A DNA stretch of 64,000 bases, taken from assembly GCA_965649765.1 (NCBI GenBank), contig OZ287757.1, forward strand, positions 35,092,001 through 35,156,000. The letters run 5' to 3'. Every line of letters starts with the position of its first letter. The stretch's first letter is position 1. The translations under genes were made by a program, and so were the position numbers. The stretch is from Bispira polyomma. Taxonomy: Eukaryota. Below the pieces are notes generated by a model. That model searched no databases and had not been told where the DNA came from. It saw nothing but the letters and a program-made list of their open reading frames with translations. Below are positions 37,968-51,934 of the stretch, piece after piece.

Positions 37968-39562
37968 TTACGTTAACCTTAAACTTAGTCGACGCAAAGT
38001 CACTCTTAAGGTGAACTTAGACTAAGCTCTAAAAAAATTTTCTTTTAAGGTGGCCTCAATTATCTTAGCAAAATTTTAACCAATTGTAACTATATGTGTA
38101 GGAATAGAATAAATATATATATCCCAACTGCTAGTCTTTCTTGCCAGGTCTATTTCTTAAAAACTCAAGGTCAGGGCACTGTGCTAGGTAGACCCATCGG
38201 GGGTAGTGAGTTCAGTGCAGACCTTAAACTCTCTTACTAAAACCATTCTGGTTCAATGACCTTTGTGTTATATTGGATGGCAGTTGTCCTAGATTCTATA
38301 GCTATTCCCGCCAAAAGCCATAGAACCTCACTTTAATTTAAGAAATTGAAAGAGCAGAACGCCATTTTAGAAACTTTCAAATTTTCTTTAATCCCCACCC
38401 TCAGCCCCAACTTCACCTGTGTGGACTCTTTCTTCTTCGCACCGGGAGCTCATATTTTCAACAGGAAGGCCTCTGTCTGGGCCACTTTACACCTCAGGCG
38501 CAGGGGCGGTGATGGTCTTAGAGTCGGGTCTTTGACCAGCAAGCAACATGGCTCTGCTGCAGGCTTTCATCCCGACAGTCCAGTGTGGTCCTTTCAGGGT
38601 CTTTCCTGTTTGTCTCCATCACTAATTACTGGGTAACACCAGGGTTCCTAGGAACCACTCTTATTTTAGAATTTAGCCCAGGCAGGTGTGGTCTGAATTC
38701 CACTTCATCAAATATGTGTCAATTTATTGTTGTCAATTATTGTGTTTATATAAAATCGTCATTAATGGATGTATGAATGTATACAAAGTGTTAACAGTTA
38801 GTATGTTAGTTTCAGTTCAAGTCGAGGTCATTAACAACGGTATCAAAAAATGGCCAAGCAGCATGACAAGCAAGCATGACAGCAAGCAAGCAAGACATGC
38901 AAGCCAAGCAACCAAGCAATCAAGCATCTTCCTCTATTTATTATTGTATATCTTTTTCACTAAATTCCTTACTACACATATATTGACTTATACATGTACG
39001 GATAGCTCAACTTGATGTTAAGGGCTGAAATTTTCAGCTATTTAAGGCTTAGTGAGCTTTGAGATGGTGCCTTGGACTTTAAAGACATTGCAATATGCAC
39101 CCCTTATTTTTATATACAGGTTTTTAGTATTTAGCTAGTTAGTGTATCAGTACTTTTATTTACATGGTTACTGTCTTTTTAATGTGGTTATTGTCTTTGT
39201 TTTTACTATGATTTATATGCTGTAAAATGTAAAATTTATTATATACTTAAGGCCACCTTATAGTCAAAACATTTCGTAACCTTAACTAGACAGATGTAAG
39301 GCTAAAGCCAGCAGAAATCATGTAATTCGTTAAGGTTACCTTAAATTTTGGTAAAATTAAACTTAAACTTACGTTAATCTTAAACTTAGTCGACGCAAAG
39401 TCACCCTTGAGGTGAACTTAGACTTTTAAGGTGGCCTCAATTATCTTAGCAAAATTTTAACCAGTTGTAACTATATGTGTAGGAATAGAATAAATATTTA
39501 TATCCCAACTGCTAGTTTTTCTTGCAAGGTCAATTTCTTAAAAAGTCAAGGTCAGGGCACTG
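37968..39562. repeat. About 200-bp direct repeats (37968-38181 and 39369-39562) flanking a 1.2-kb segment
   Basis: ttacgttaa.cttaaacttagtcgacgcaaagtcac...ttttaaggtggcctcaattatcttagc...caaggtcagggcactg occurs twice. A (caag)n tract lies at 38855-38926. Confidence 0.9.
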
Positions 39563-40557
39563 AAAGATTATGTCAGATCTCTAGAATTTTTACGTCCCAG
39601 GCGATCTGTGAAAGGTCTTAACCTCTGTGTGACTGGAGCTCTTTTACTGCCACATCATTTTGAAGACCAAGTTTACCACATACAAAGCTGTAAACCTTTG
39701 TAAGCCCGCCCCCCCCCCCCCCTATCTTGTCTCATTCTTGTCCTCCATGTCACCCCTCTATCACAAATTTGCGATGGAAATGGACTACGATTTTAACAAC
39801 TTTTCCAATTAGGTTGCACTTTAGAAGATGCCTGGCACCAATTAGTCGCATTAAAAAACTTTATTATCATATAATACAAAGTTGGTTCAAGCCACACAAA
39901 AATTAAAATAATCCAAATAAATGATTTAAGTATGATGCTTTAAATGGATGCCTTCAAAGTTGATTGCTTCGCTTTGTTACAACCAATATGTGTATGTTGA
40001 TTGTGTCAGGTGAAATCAATGACGTGATTTTTTTTGTCTAAATTTTTCAAATTTTAGAGTTTAAAAACAAAATTGTTTGTATAATTTGCTGTAGCAATCA
40101 TATATTTAATTCATACAGCATAATATATTTACGTTGGTTCCTTATATCCTTATATTATCAGTTAGTTTCTGAGGCTATGTTTTTATAAAATTGCTGTTAT
40201 ATTGTTATTATGCCTAGTGTCACTTCACACATAGGTTCTCCCTAACTGTGTATGCCTTTCTTTAAATCATTCTGTTAAGTTATTGATTATCTGCACAACA
40301 ACAAAAAAAAATCAGCTGTATTTTCCTGTATGCAATGCACCAGTTATCCATTTAATAATTGCCCTTGATGTCTGTCCCATCTGGCTTAAAATGGCATTAA
40401 ACCTCACCGGGGGACAAAAAACCATTAGGAAAAATGACAGGGGCTAAAATGGAGCTGTCAGTCATTTGATGACGCCACGCGAGTACACACATGCTTCCCC
40501 CCATAGAGATATTCAATGACCACAGTTATTGCTCTGAAAGCCATCACCAAATCCTAA

Positions 40558-40900
40558 AGGGCCTTACACACTGCTGACTACACAACACGACACTACAATA
40601 AAATAGAAATAAGATAACATATAGAGGTTATTCAGACTGGTCCCAACACGACACTACACTACACTGCACTACACTACAATTGGCCTTGGAGAAATCTTTA
40701 AAGTATGTTGTGTTGTTAGGATATTTCTATATTGTTTGTGCACAAATGGTATTGGTGATGTATTGATTCCTCTTCTCCGCTATATTTTATATAGGTTGTG
40801 TAGTGCTGTGTCGTGGTTTGTGTGAATATGACTGCCATGCAGTGATGTGTCGTCCCCTGTGGTGCAGTGTAGTGCAGTGTAGTCGGCTGTGTGTAAGTAA
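40558..40900. mobile_element. MITE with inverted ends and (ACACT)n subterminal repeats
   Basis: ttacacactgctgactacac at 40564 is complementary to gtgtagtcggctgtgtgtaa ending at 40896. Confidence 0.65.
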
Positions 40901-41014
40901 TAGTAGCATTTAATATTCTTTTTTAATTGTTTAGCTAGTTCCCTATTGAGTTTAAATAGAGTCATATCATGACAACAAGATTCAATGTAAAAGACACCAG
41001 TACCAAGGTCGGCC

Positions 41015-41252
41015 GACTTTACAGTTTACATCCCCAGCCTAAGTTCTTCAACTTGTCAATCAAATGTTCAGTCTCAGCTCAGGAAGCATACTAACCGTGC
41101 TAGTGATACAGCACACAAAGACTAACACCTAATGGCGGCTAGGTAATGGGTAGAGAGGGGCAACTTTCTGTAAAAGCATCAAGGATCGAACCAGGTCACT
41201 CTCAGATCACTCAGATCCAACGTCCGACACTCTAACCAGTAGGCCACAGAGA
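41015..41252 (-). mobile_element. tRNA-derived SINE family A
   Basis: Homologous to the 49935-50202 copy, including the ggatcgaacc B-box complement and the ccagtaggccacagagac head. Confidence 0.75.
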
Positions 41253-41483
41253 CCACATGAAGGAATCAATGGGATTGGAATGTAACATTGATGAGAGGCC
41301 GTTGATTATGAAGTGTGTGCCTCTAACCACTGTGATATCATTCCCTAAGGTGCTCATTCTCCAAATGGGATAGTCCTACAATATAGTCTGGGTCTTCATT
41401 TGTAGCCAATGACATTGTTACAGCTAATCCAATGATGTTTCTGTACTAATAAACCAAGCAGCATTAGTAGGGGTCGAACCAGG

Positions 41484-42268
41484 GGAATCCGGGAGAAAAT
41501 GCCTGGTGGGAAAAATGCCTGGTGATAAAAAAAGCGTTGTCTGTTTTCAAAAGAATGGAATAAATGCCTAGTGCTTTTTTAACATCAAGGGAAACTGTAA
41601 ATAAGTATAAACTTTTATTGTTTTAATGACATAAAAATATTGAGTTATTAGAAGAGTCATAGCTTTGCTAATTTTAACTTTCTTAATTAAAAGAAGCCGA
41701 GTACATTTTAAAGGGTCTATCTTCTTTACAATAGTGTTTCTTATAGGAAGACATGTGTGTATAAATTTTTTAGTCCTTTGATGAAGATCTAATGTAAGAT
41801 TCTTTAAAATCCTTTGATTTACTAATGTGTCTCAGAAAAGTACTGCTCAGGAAAGTTAAGCACCTTTTTGATACCTTTTATGTCATTATTATAAGTGGCA
41901 AAGTAGAAAAGAAACATTCAGTAACTGCTTATCGCAATTGTAATTTTGGGAGAGCCTTTTTAACTTCAATCCAATCCAACTGTTGTATTTTTGTCAAGTC
42001 AGAAGAAATGATGGTTGCTTGATATGTATAATGGTTTTGTTTTTAAATGTGCAATTAATAACCGAATATTTGTATGTTATGAAATAAATATAATTTAAAA
42101 CATGTTTACATTTTTCATTAATATTAAAAAAAAGCACCAGGCTTTTTTTTCATTTTTTTTTTTTTTTTTTTTTGAAAACAGGCCAGGCTTTCTTTCCACC
42201 AGGCATTTTTTCCACCAGGCATTCTTTCCACCAGGTATATTTTCCACCAAGCATATTTTCCATGCACC
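41484..42268. mobile_element. Non-autonomous DNA transposon (MULE-like) with 16-bp subterminal repeats and an 8-10 bp TSD
   Basis: aaaatgcctggtgg repeats on the left mirror ccaccaggcatttt repeats on the right. TSD gaaccagg at 41476-41483 and 42269-42276. Confidence 0.85.
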
Positions 42269-43813
42269 GAACCAGGGACCTTTTGGTCACCAGGCCAACT
42301 CCATCAACCAGGAGTATTAAAGGGGGGAGACTTTCTGATCGCCAAACAAACTCCCTTACAACCACCAGGCCACAGTATTTAACTTTGTCTTGGCTACAAC
42401 CACCAGTGAGTGTCAATCACGAACTGAAGATTGATTCTATAAGCTTAATTCGGGTTTAATGTCACTTTTAACCTATTTGTCTCATATCACGATAGACATT
42501 TTATTTAATGTAGGGAAATTGGTTAAAACTGTTGATGAATGGTCATTCACCAGCCTGTGTCCTTTTCAAAATCCTTTAGTTGGGTTTTTGTGTCACTTTT
42601 AACAACTTGGGTTATATCACGACTGTCAGATCCAATAATGGATGATGATGGAATTAAGCTTGGGAGGAGTGAGGCAAAAGGTCTATAAGTTGTATGAATG
42701 GTAGTACATAGCATTTATCAGTACCTGTGGAGCATTAGTATTATATTATATTAAATCCTGACAAAACTGAATTCATTATCATTGGTAGCAAAATAAATCC
42801 AGTAAGTACTTGCGACCTGAATATGTTTTTTTGTTCACTTCTTGATTGGTAATTGATTCTGTTGCTGCTCTTTGGAAGATCCCTGGCATCAATAAGGCAT
42901 ATTCAAAATGCAAAACACCAAACATTACATTGTTAAGAGTATTTATTTCTTGTAGGTTTGTTTGTGTTTAAATTGATCTAAAAGATGGTACTTTGCTCAT
43001 TGTTATTTCATATAGATTTTTGTCATGCTATTCAGCAAATCAAAATATCTTTCACAAAAAACTGTTGAAGTGTATTACTTTATTATTACCAGAAAGTCAA
43101 TGTCCACAATGCTCTGCACTGAAAATACTAAAGGCTTCATTAGTTTGCTCAAATACACACTTAATATTGTATTTACACAATGTAAAAAGCATTACAGTTG
43201 TTTATTAATTAATTGCCAGAAAGGGGTTCATTGCTCTGATATTTTTTTTATGTTACACTTTCTAAAAGCAGTAACAGGTGTCACATCTACTTTTGCCACA
43301 ACCAATTAATGCTAGTAATATGTGGGGTTTATTTCACATTTTGTGTGTTTATGAAAGTTTTTTATTCTTTAGTACACACTTGAACCACAAAGTAATAATA
43401 CCTATCATGTGTTCATTGGGCAGTATTCTCCAACGAAACTCAGCCTCAACTCAGACTCAACTCAAATGAAGGCTGTCTGTATTTATTGCACATGGAAATA
43501 ACCTATGCTTGTAACCATTTGTTTTAATAAGCTTTCAGCACTGAATTCAAATCTATAGTCAGATTTTACCTTGTATTCACTTATGCCCGATAATATGTGT
43601 ACGTCAGATATAAATTTGAGTTGAGTTTCAGATGTTTGGAGAATATAGTCCAAGAAAAACCAGCAAATCAGAAACAACAGCATATGCATAAAATGAGAGA
43701 AATTTGACAATAAGAAAAGATAAGACAACATCAAAGAAGTTAAAGCTCGATTAAAAAAATACATATATTATCAGCCTTTGACTGTCAGCTTCAAATCGAC
43801 ATTCCTTGTTTCA

Positions 43814-45864
43814 CTAATTTTTAAAGAATCTCTTGATGTATTCTTCGTAATCCACCTTCCCGTCCCCGCTCATGTCCATTGTTTTCATCATCCTATCCAG
43901 CTGGCATTCGGTGAATTGCTTCCCCACCTCTGCAAACACCTTCTTTAAATCCTCCTTGTTGATGAAGCCATTTCCGTCAACATCAAACTCATTGAAGGCA
44001 TTCCTCATGACGTCAGCCCTGAAAGTTGAAAAAACAAGATAATTTAGCATTCAGTCTGTCCAAGTTCTCGCCACCTTTATACCATTTTTGAATGGGGGAA
44101 ATGCTCATTTACATATCATTCACAAGCTCATACTCTTTTTAAGCCCCATTTAAGCCCAGTTTGTGCAGGGGATAGGCCCCCCTTTTCTAGCAGATTTCAA
44201 TAGTTTATGACCAGTTTATGCCCAGATCTAAGCAGTGTATCACACATTCATGTAACGTTTGCTCCAGTTTATCCCAGTTTACACCAAATTACACCAGTTC
44301 TGTCCAGATAGCAACAAGTGCTAAACACTTTAAGCCTCGTTTAAGCCCTGACCACACCTCTTTTCTCCAATTCTCTGAAGATGTGCTTTCAGACCCGATT
44401 ACCCACGAAAGTTATGAACATGTTTAAAATTTCCGGCTCTGCCTCCCGTTCTTGCTGATCTCACCAGTTCATGTCCAGTTTATGCCTAGATGTTAGACGT
44501 TTACTTCAGTTCATGCAAGTTATTCAAATCGGTAGAAAACGGCCCTATAGAACGTGATGATGTGAACGCCACATAAGGGGTGTGGGAGAAATGTTAGAAC
44601 AACAACAAAAATAATCAGTGGAGGGCAAATCTGCACCATGAGGTATTTTAGCATGCATTAATTAGTGAAGAATTTATATATAGCACTGTATTGATACATC
44701 CTCCTCTAATGTGCAAATTCTTCCAAAACGAATAGTCATACAGTATAGCCTGAGTCACCATCAGTAGGCAATATCATGTGCACATCTTGCCCAGGGATGT
44801 TATATCCAACCCAAAAAAACCTAGCAGCATTAGTAGCAATGGAACCGGAGACCTTCTGATCACCAAACCAACTCCCCCCCAACTGGCAGTCCAACTTCTG
44901 ATTACCAAATCACCTTGTTAGAAAGTTGGTCAGAATCAGTCATAAATTTATCGTTCTTCAAAATAGATAATGAATAGACTCTTTTGTTTAAACAATTCTG
45001 CAGTCTTTAAACATTTTGATCCAACCCATCCATGAAAGCAATACAAATTTTCTAAGATGGCGGTGGAATGAAAATAATATCAGGCTTCACCTGATAAAAG
45101 GGGGACTTTTTTATTACCATCAGACCAACTCCCCAAACACCAGGCCACGGTGAACCAGAACTGAGACTTGTAGACTCATTCCATATAGAGGTGAATACTT
45201 ACTTTTCAGGTGGTGTAACTCCCATGGCGCTCAGGAATTCTGCCTCTGAGAGTGAACCATTGCCTGAAGTGTCGGAACTCTTGAAGTATCGCTGTAAGAA
45301 GAAGAGTAATATTCATGGTAGGCAGGAGATACTACTGGAGGTAAGTGCTCTTTATTTAATACACTGCCCTGGACCTCTTTATGTATCCTATATAGTAGTC
45401 ATTTGCCGTATAATAATCAACTGTGCAAATATTGTAATGCCCAGTATAAATGTTAACTTATTTTATTATGATTTGATTTTAATGTTGGCTTCAACATTAG
45501 TGACCCTTAGTCCCTGTAATCGTAGTTATTCTTTTAACACATTGTATAGGTCATATCCAAATGGTCAGTTTTAGTGCTGGATGAAAACCAATTTTGTACA
45601 CTAGGTGATGAAGATTCTATACTGAAAAGCAGTGACTATCAGCAAGTGTCTGCCAACTTTTAGCACTGAACCACTGAGGCCCCCTGTGCACTTAATATAC
45701 AGTATGTATGAAAAAATATTCACCCTGACTTGGTCCTCTGTTTGGTCAGAGCTGTTGGACATGATGAGTGCCACTAACTCCTCTATACTCAGAGAACCGT
45801 TCCCATCTTTATCTGTCTCCCTGAACAGACTCTGATAACGTTCCTTGTCGCTGCTAGCGGACAT
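43814..45864 (-). CDS. Calmodulin-like four-EF-hand protein, paralog 2 (144 aa)
   Basis: Exons 45864-45724 (MSASSDKERYQSLFRETDKDGNGSLSIEE...DQVR), 45291-45203 (RYFKSSDTSGNGSLSEAEFLSAMGVTPPE) and 44018-43814 (ADVMRNAFNEFDVDGNGFINKED...DMSGDGKVDYEEY...FKN*). GT-AG introns, phases 0 and 2. Confidence 0.93.
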
Positions 45865-45969
45865 GATTCTGAAACAACATACCACATGAAGTGTTTACTT
45901 GGCTTTAGTTTTCACCCCACAACCTATATATGAATTAGCTATGAGGAATTGTTTTTACCTGGGATGTTC

Positions 45970-46665
45970 AGATTATGACCCATAATGCACTTGGAACTAC
46001 AAATCAAAATGTTAGATTAAGATACCTACAATGTACTCATCACGGACCTATAAATCAAATTGTTAGTTTCAGGGACCCACAATGTACTCTTTACAGACAT
46101 TTAAATCAGAATATTAGATTGATATACCCATAATGTACTTTTTACAGACATAATAATCAAAATGTTAAGTTGAGAGACCCATAATGTACTATTTACAGAC
46201 ATATAAATCAAACGGTTAGATTGAGAGACCCATAATGTACTCATTACAGACTTGTAAATCTAATTACTAGATTGAGAGACCCATAATATACTCATTACTA
46301 ACCTGTAAATCTAATTACGAGATTGAGAAATCCATAGTGCACTTATTACAGACCCATAAATCAAATTGTTAGATTCAAATACCTATAATGTACTCATCTG
46401 TAAGTTAAAATATTAGATTGGGAGACCCACACTGTTCTCATTATTGACCTGTAATATAAAATAATAGATTGAGAGTCTCACAATGTACTTATTACAGACT
46501 TGCAAGTTAAAATATTAGATTGGGAGACCCACAATGTACTCATTATAGACCTGTAATTTAAGTAAATATTAGATTGAGAGTCTCATAATGTACTTATTAC
46601 AGACCTGTAAGTTTTAGAGTAAGAGACCCACAATGGACTCATTACAGACATATGAATCAAAAGGC
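45970..46665. repeat. 51-bp minisatellite, about 13-14 copies, in intron 1 of paralog 2
   Basis: Unit approximately ttagattgagagacccataatgtactcattacagacctgtaaatcaaaata. gacccata recurs at 46227 and 46278. Confidence 0.95.
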
Positions 46666-47053
46666 TCTCAAATGAAGCAATATGTGTCTTGTAATTGTAC
46701 ATAATCATTTTACGGTAACATATGATTGGCTTTTTTCATACATTACAGAAAAACATTTCCCCAGTGCAGCTGCAATTGTGTCGATCTAATGGAATTATGA
46801 GTGTTCTATTGTGTCATTTTCTTTAAGTAATTAATTGTCTTGTCGTTTTAGAGTGTAAATAAGAATTCATAAGTCCCTACTGCTAAGTCTTGTTACAGTT
46901 AACGATCCTGGATATACAAATATAAAATGTTCTGAAATTATAATGATATTTCTAATGTGATCTTTTCATTTGATGAAAAGTAAATATTTATACCAACTAA
47001 TAATAAAGTGAAAACATTTCTTCGTCAGAATAGTAAAACAAATACTACTTTAC

Positions 47054-47155
47054 CTTTTGAATAGCAAGTTTTTATCCTTGGCACAAACTTCCAACTAACT
47101 AGCTAGAGCTCACAATCTAAAATGATATGTACACAGAGTTACATGGATATTTAAA
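47054..47155 (-). promoter_or_regulatory. Candidate promoter and non-coding exon 1 of paralog 2
   Basis: Minus strand has tttaaata about 30 nt before atcatttt, then ...ctattcaaaag|gtaaag donor. Confidence 0.4.
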
Positions 47156-49693
47156 CTGTATGAAAGCTTTACACACCAGAGAGATTTCCTAAAATTGGTT
47201 AGAGTTTGTTTTTTTTTTGGCAGAATGCATATGTGGTATGTGTAGTTGTGAGACAATTGTACAATGTTGTTACAGGATGCAGTTGTATGAGTTTAGCCTT
47301 GACAAATGGCCCATTAATTTAATTTTGTTGATTTATAACAATATTTTGTCTATTACCCCCTGTTTTTGACCACCGAGGGAACTGTATTTTGTATTGCACA
47401 TATATTGTATTAGACTTGCTTACAAGTCTTTACTGTCGGTGAAACACTGTATGACTGCATTTTACACAGTTCCCATTCTCTTCCAAAGGTGTCAGCACAA
47501 TTTTTGACTGCCAGGTTCTGCATTTTATCCCTCCATAAATCCTCAATTTATGGAGAGATATAGACAAAAAATCATGATACCCTCATGGAAGGAACTTGAA
47601 CAAGGTCTAGTATTGTATTCAACGCGCAAGATCCGAATCAACCAACCAACATTGTATGGATCGTCTTTAGTAGGCAATAGTGGTGTGTTCAGATCTCCAA
47701 CAATGATGTCATCCCACCAATGAACCTACTGTAGCGATATCAGGCACGAGTCATACTGGAGACCTTCCAATCACCAGACCAACTCCCTAACCACTGGGCC
47801 TATGAGATTGCCAAAAACCATATACTGGTCTCAATTTGAAAGTCTGTTTACTAACAATGTTTGACCTTAAAATTGCAATGTATAGAGTTTTTGTTTTTTC
47901 TCCTTTTTTCCTATTTATGTTGTGTATACATATCACCTTGTCCTATTATTGTCACCTGTGTGTGTACTCTATGTAGTTTAAATATTGTATTTGTAAGGTT
48001 TGTAATATTGGCGACTTAATGGAGATTTGCCAAGTGTCACTAATTTAAGACCATACTGTATTCCATGATGTATAAATTGGCTGTGTTTGAAAATGTTTAA
48101 TGTTCAAATAGAGTGTATATAATAGATATTCCTTACCACTTGTATTATGTACATGTATTTTGTAGAATTTCAATAAAAAAAATTATAAAAAATACACCAT
48201 GTAAAGGAGGATACAGTAGTTATGCTAGATTATAAATTGTTGTTTATTTTTTATTTTTATTTGTGCAGAAACGCCTCTTCAGTTTTATGAACCTCCTATT
48301 ATCCAAACAGATAAACTTGCTCTTTTAACATATTCGGATAATAGAGGTTCTACTGTATTTATAACACATGACAAATCAAATCCAGCTTATTATTTTTTTT
48401 ACATTCAGCCCTACACAAGGCTAGCTTTTACACGCACCTACTTATTTAGAAAGTGGATCATTTTTTATTTTATTTTTCTTCCCTACCTTGAAAAAGTCAC
48501 AGCAGTGTATGTGTTTGAAATTATCTCTACAATTCTGCCCAGACTGTGTATAGTGTCTGTATTTTGGCAATTGTGGAAATTTGTGCATTTGACAACATAA
48601 GTTGACATCATTTTTTGTCAAAGAAGCTTGTTACAGCATATGTTTATACTTCCAGGATAATTGGGGTATGAACTATTTCTGGCTAATGAACAGAGAATAT
48701 TATGGAGATGCAGAATAATACTATGAGCAAACATTTAATACAGTAGTGAAATGCTGTGCACAAACAAGTCAAATTCTATGAATCATTAAACGAGTCAGAC
48801 AGTGTAAATTTCTTCAATGTGGGCCTGTCGATTGTATACACATTTTAAATATTTTATGAGTGGAAATTTCCACCAGTTTGAACATATGGTGACAGTCAAT
48901 TCATTGTGAAAATTGGTAGAACTACTGTCATCATATTTCATAATCTCACTGCAAAATAGACACAACAGTGAACAATGACTTCACAAGTACATTTCTAAAA
49001 AATTGCAAATTTCTAAAAACTTTTCATCCAACTAAAATCCACATATATACAAGTAGTTCCACCATTTCGAAATGAGAATTGAATAATGCTTGTTCCTAGT
49101 TTCTCCATATATATGCACAGAATGCCCCCGAGTCAGTAGATTGTGTAGATTTTAATTTTGTTTATTTGACTATCCTTTGTCTGTTTGTTTATGTATAGGT
49201 TAGGACCTAAGTTAGTGTTCTCTCTTTGGAGATAGAGTAATATAGTTATTTAGGCCACACAAGGTTTAGTGTAAATAAGTGGATGAAACACAGAATGTTA
49301 TAGACAAAATAGGCAAAGTTACAGTAACAATGCTCTACTGGCAAATAATTTATTGTTTTGTATCTCATATAAAGGTCACGGATTTCTTAATGTGGCCCTA
49401 AAGATTGTTATATCCAGTGAAATACTGGGTAGGTGGAATTTGTCACAATAACTCGAAATTGACACAATTATTTTCCAGTGAAAATCAATGAACTTGTACA
49501 TCGATATTCTAACTAAACAAAATTAGTCAATAGTTGAACATTAATTCCAGGTAAACGTCTAAAACACAAATTGTAAAGGAGATTGTCAAATTGCAGTCTC
49601 AAACTTGCATTAATTGATACAGGTAGATATACTTACAATGTCATTGCTATAGAACTAAATAATACATTTTCAGTTGCTTTCATATATAGTTTT

Positions 49694-49695
<2 letters not shown>

Positions 49696-49746
<51 letters not shown>
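49696..49746. repeat. (TA)n microsatellite
   Basis: About 25 TA units. Confidence 0.95.
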
Positions 49747-49749
<3 letters not shown>

Positions 49750-49934
49750 TGAAAGGCTCAGATTAGATTATTGTTTTTTTCATCTATTGTCTGGTTTGTT
49801 TATGTATAGGTTAGTGTCCAAATCACGTGTTCTCTCTTTGTAACCTAACTCGAATAATAATAATAATAATTAATAATAATAATTATTCATTTGATATGGT
49901 GCATTATCAACATCACTGTTATCTAATGTGCTTA

Positions 49935-50202
49935 GCCAGCCTGGGTTCTTCAACTTGTCAACCATTGTACACTCTCAGCTCCCTCAGGGAGCATACTAGC
50001 CGAGCTACCACATAAGGCACACAAACAGTAACACCCATTAGCGGGCAGGTACCCATTTATAAACCTGGGTAGAGAGGGACAACTTTGTGTAAAGTACCTT
50101 GTCCAAGAGTACAATTTCCAGGCCTGCAGGCGAGGATCGAACCCTAGCTTTCAAGATACCTGAGATCCAAAGTCTGACACTTTAACCATTAGGCCACAGA
50201 GA
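49935..50202 (-). mobile_element. tRNA-derived SINE family A, best-preserved copy, with a CORE-like central domain
   Basis: Minus strand has A box tggcctaatggt and B box ggttcgatcc, then cttggacaaggtactttac...ctacccaggtttataaatgggtacc. Confidence 0.8.
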
Positions 50203-50624
50203 CAAATACTTGAGTACTGTTATATCGAGGTCCCACAAGGTCCAGTGACTAAGATATATCAAGAATTAGATATAAATTTAACAATAAGTGTTACTGATTT
50301 ATTTACAACTATAATGTAAACAACAAAAGTCTATTATTTAGCATCTTATATACAAACAGCATGGTGTAAAAGAAGAATGTTATTGTACAATTAAGATTAA
50401 TGTAATATGTTATCTCTTCTATTATACAATTTCTCTCATAATTATACTTCACTATGTCACTATTTTTATGCAATGTGTCCATGGTGTCTTATAAGCCTAT
50501 ATAAGGCTAAGTTTGTCATAATATATGTCAGTAATTGTTTTTGTATATGTATCAAACATGCCACTATAATCAAATATATTCTATTCTAAATTACGTTTTT
50601 GTCAAGCAAGAAGACATATTTTTT

Positions 50625-50890
50625 GGTGTATATACCCGTCTGATTTTGCTTCCAAATCCTTTATCCAACGCCTGTTTCCGACGTCCAAGTTTGTGCAGAT
50701 TCACTACATCCAAAAAACTGGCCGATTTGTCTAGTATTGATTTCTTTTACTACTAGCATTCAAATGTAAAAAAAAATAGTATAGAAAATTATTTAAAGTA
50801 CTTCACCTCTTAATTTTTTCGGATGACGGAAACGGACGTCGGATGACGGATTTGGAAGCAACATCGGACAGGCATATTCGCCTCCTTTAA
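50625..50890. mobile_element. Palindromic MITE-like element
   Basis: cccgtctgattttgcttccaaatcc (about 50635) is an inverted copy of ggatttggaagcaacatcggacaggc (about 50848). The right end abuts ttaa. Confidence 0.65.
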
Positions 50891-51795
50891 CTGTGCCAAC
50901 TTGCGTTGTTCTATGGTGTAAAGCTTTAAAGAACGCCTTTGGGGGAAAGTTGAAGTATTTGGCATGACAGCCTTCTGTTGTGTGTGGGGGTTCAGGTGGA
51001 GGTGTTTGACACGTAGAAAGTAGGTCATTGTAAATGGAGAAAGCACTTGTCTCTTCTGTCAAGAGGTTTTTGTGAAATGAATACAAATATTACACTCACT
51101 TGTAATGAAGGGTGAATACAGTTTAACTAGTATAACTTTTGTCAGGATTAATATTGGATAATTTCGGTTTGTAAGTTTGTATAAATAAAAATAGTTAAAT
51201 TTGAACCGAGCCTTTGGATTTGTAATGACCATTCATGGTATTTGAAATTGGTAAATAATTAAAATTGCTTTAAATGAAAATTTGTTTTAAATAACTATTA
51301 TTTTTTCTAGACGAAAATTGGTACATTTTACGGTATGTGTTCGAAGTACTTACATTTATAATGCAAGTTGTATTTACAATAGATGTCTCCATTAGTGTAT
51401 GTTCCTTCATTTGTCGAGGACAATTGTAAGGCAATTGTTATTGTGTATAACCCTTTAGCAGAATCAAGGTGCACAAAGTTGAACTGTCTTGAGTTAAAGT
51501 TGGTTTTGACTTTCTTTAAGCCTAGGCTTCCTTTCAGCACATTCCCACGTCGGCCGATTTGTGTGTGTCTGATCAGATCCAACGTCAACCGATGTGGCGC
51601 TTCCTTTCATCAGATATATGCTATAAATTTGTCGGATATTGATGTTGAAAAGGGGCTTGAGAAAACTTATTTTATTGTGATTACAGTATTTTTTTTCAAC
51701 CAAAATTCGTTGAGATATATACAGTTAAGTAAGGGTACCCATTTTTACTTATTAGTGTGTAATCTGTGACGTAGCTACAAAACTGACGTCACTAT

Positions 51796-51934
51796 TGTTG
51801 TGCTACTTAGTTTGTAACTTTTATGAATAAGATTCGTATGTCACATTGTCATTAGTTTATTACTCCAGCCGAAAGTTCTCTCTGCCTATATTTAACAGCC
51901 ATTTATATATTAACAGTTCTCAACTTACACAACA
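51796..51934 (-). repeat. 3' LTR of the Gypsy element
   Basis: tgttg...caaca, 139 bp. Confidence 0.92.

Noticed and set aside
42102-42459. Short overlapping ORFs, and similar ones at 49583, 60446, 60649, 15041-15418 and antisense to TE or EF-hand exons
   Set aside because: They are explained by simple repeats, subterminal repeats or antisense shadows and have no recognisable domains.
45970-46665. CRISPR-like array
   Set aside because: Contiguous diverged 51-bp units without spacers, in a eukaryotic intron.
50120-50202. tRNA gene (also at 32780-32848, 41180-41250 and 57328-57400)
   Set aside because: A and B boxes are present, but I could not fold a cloverleaf and each is attached to a dispersed repeat body, so these are SINE heads.
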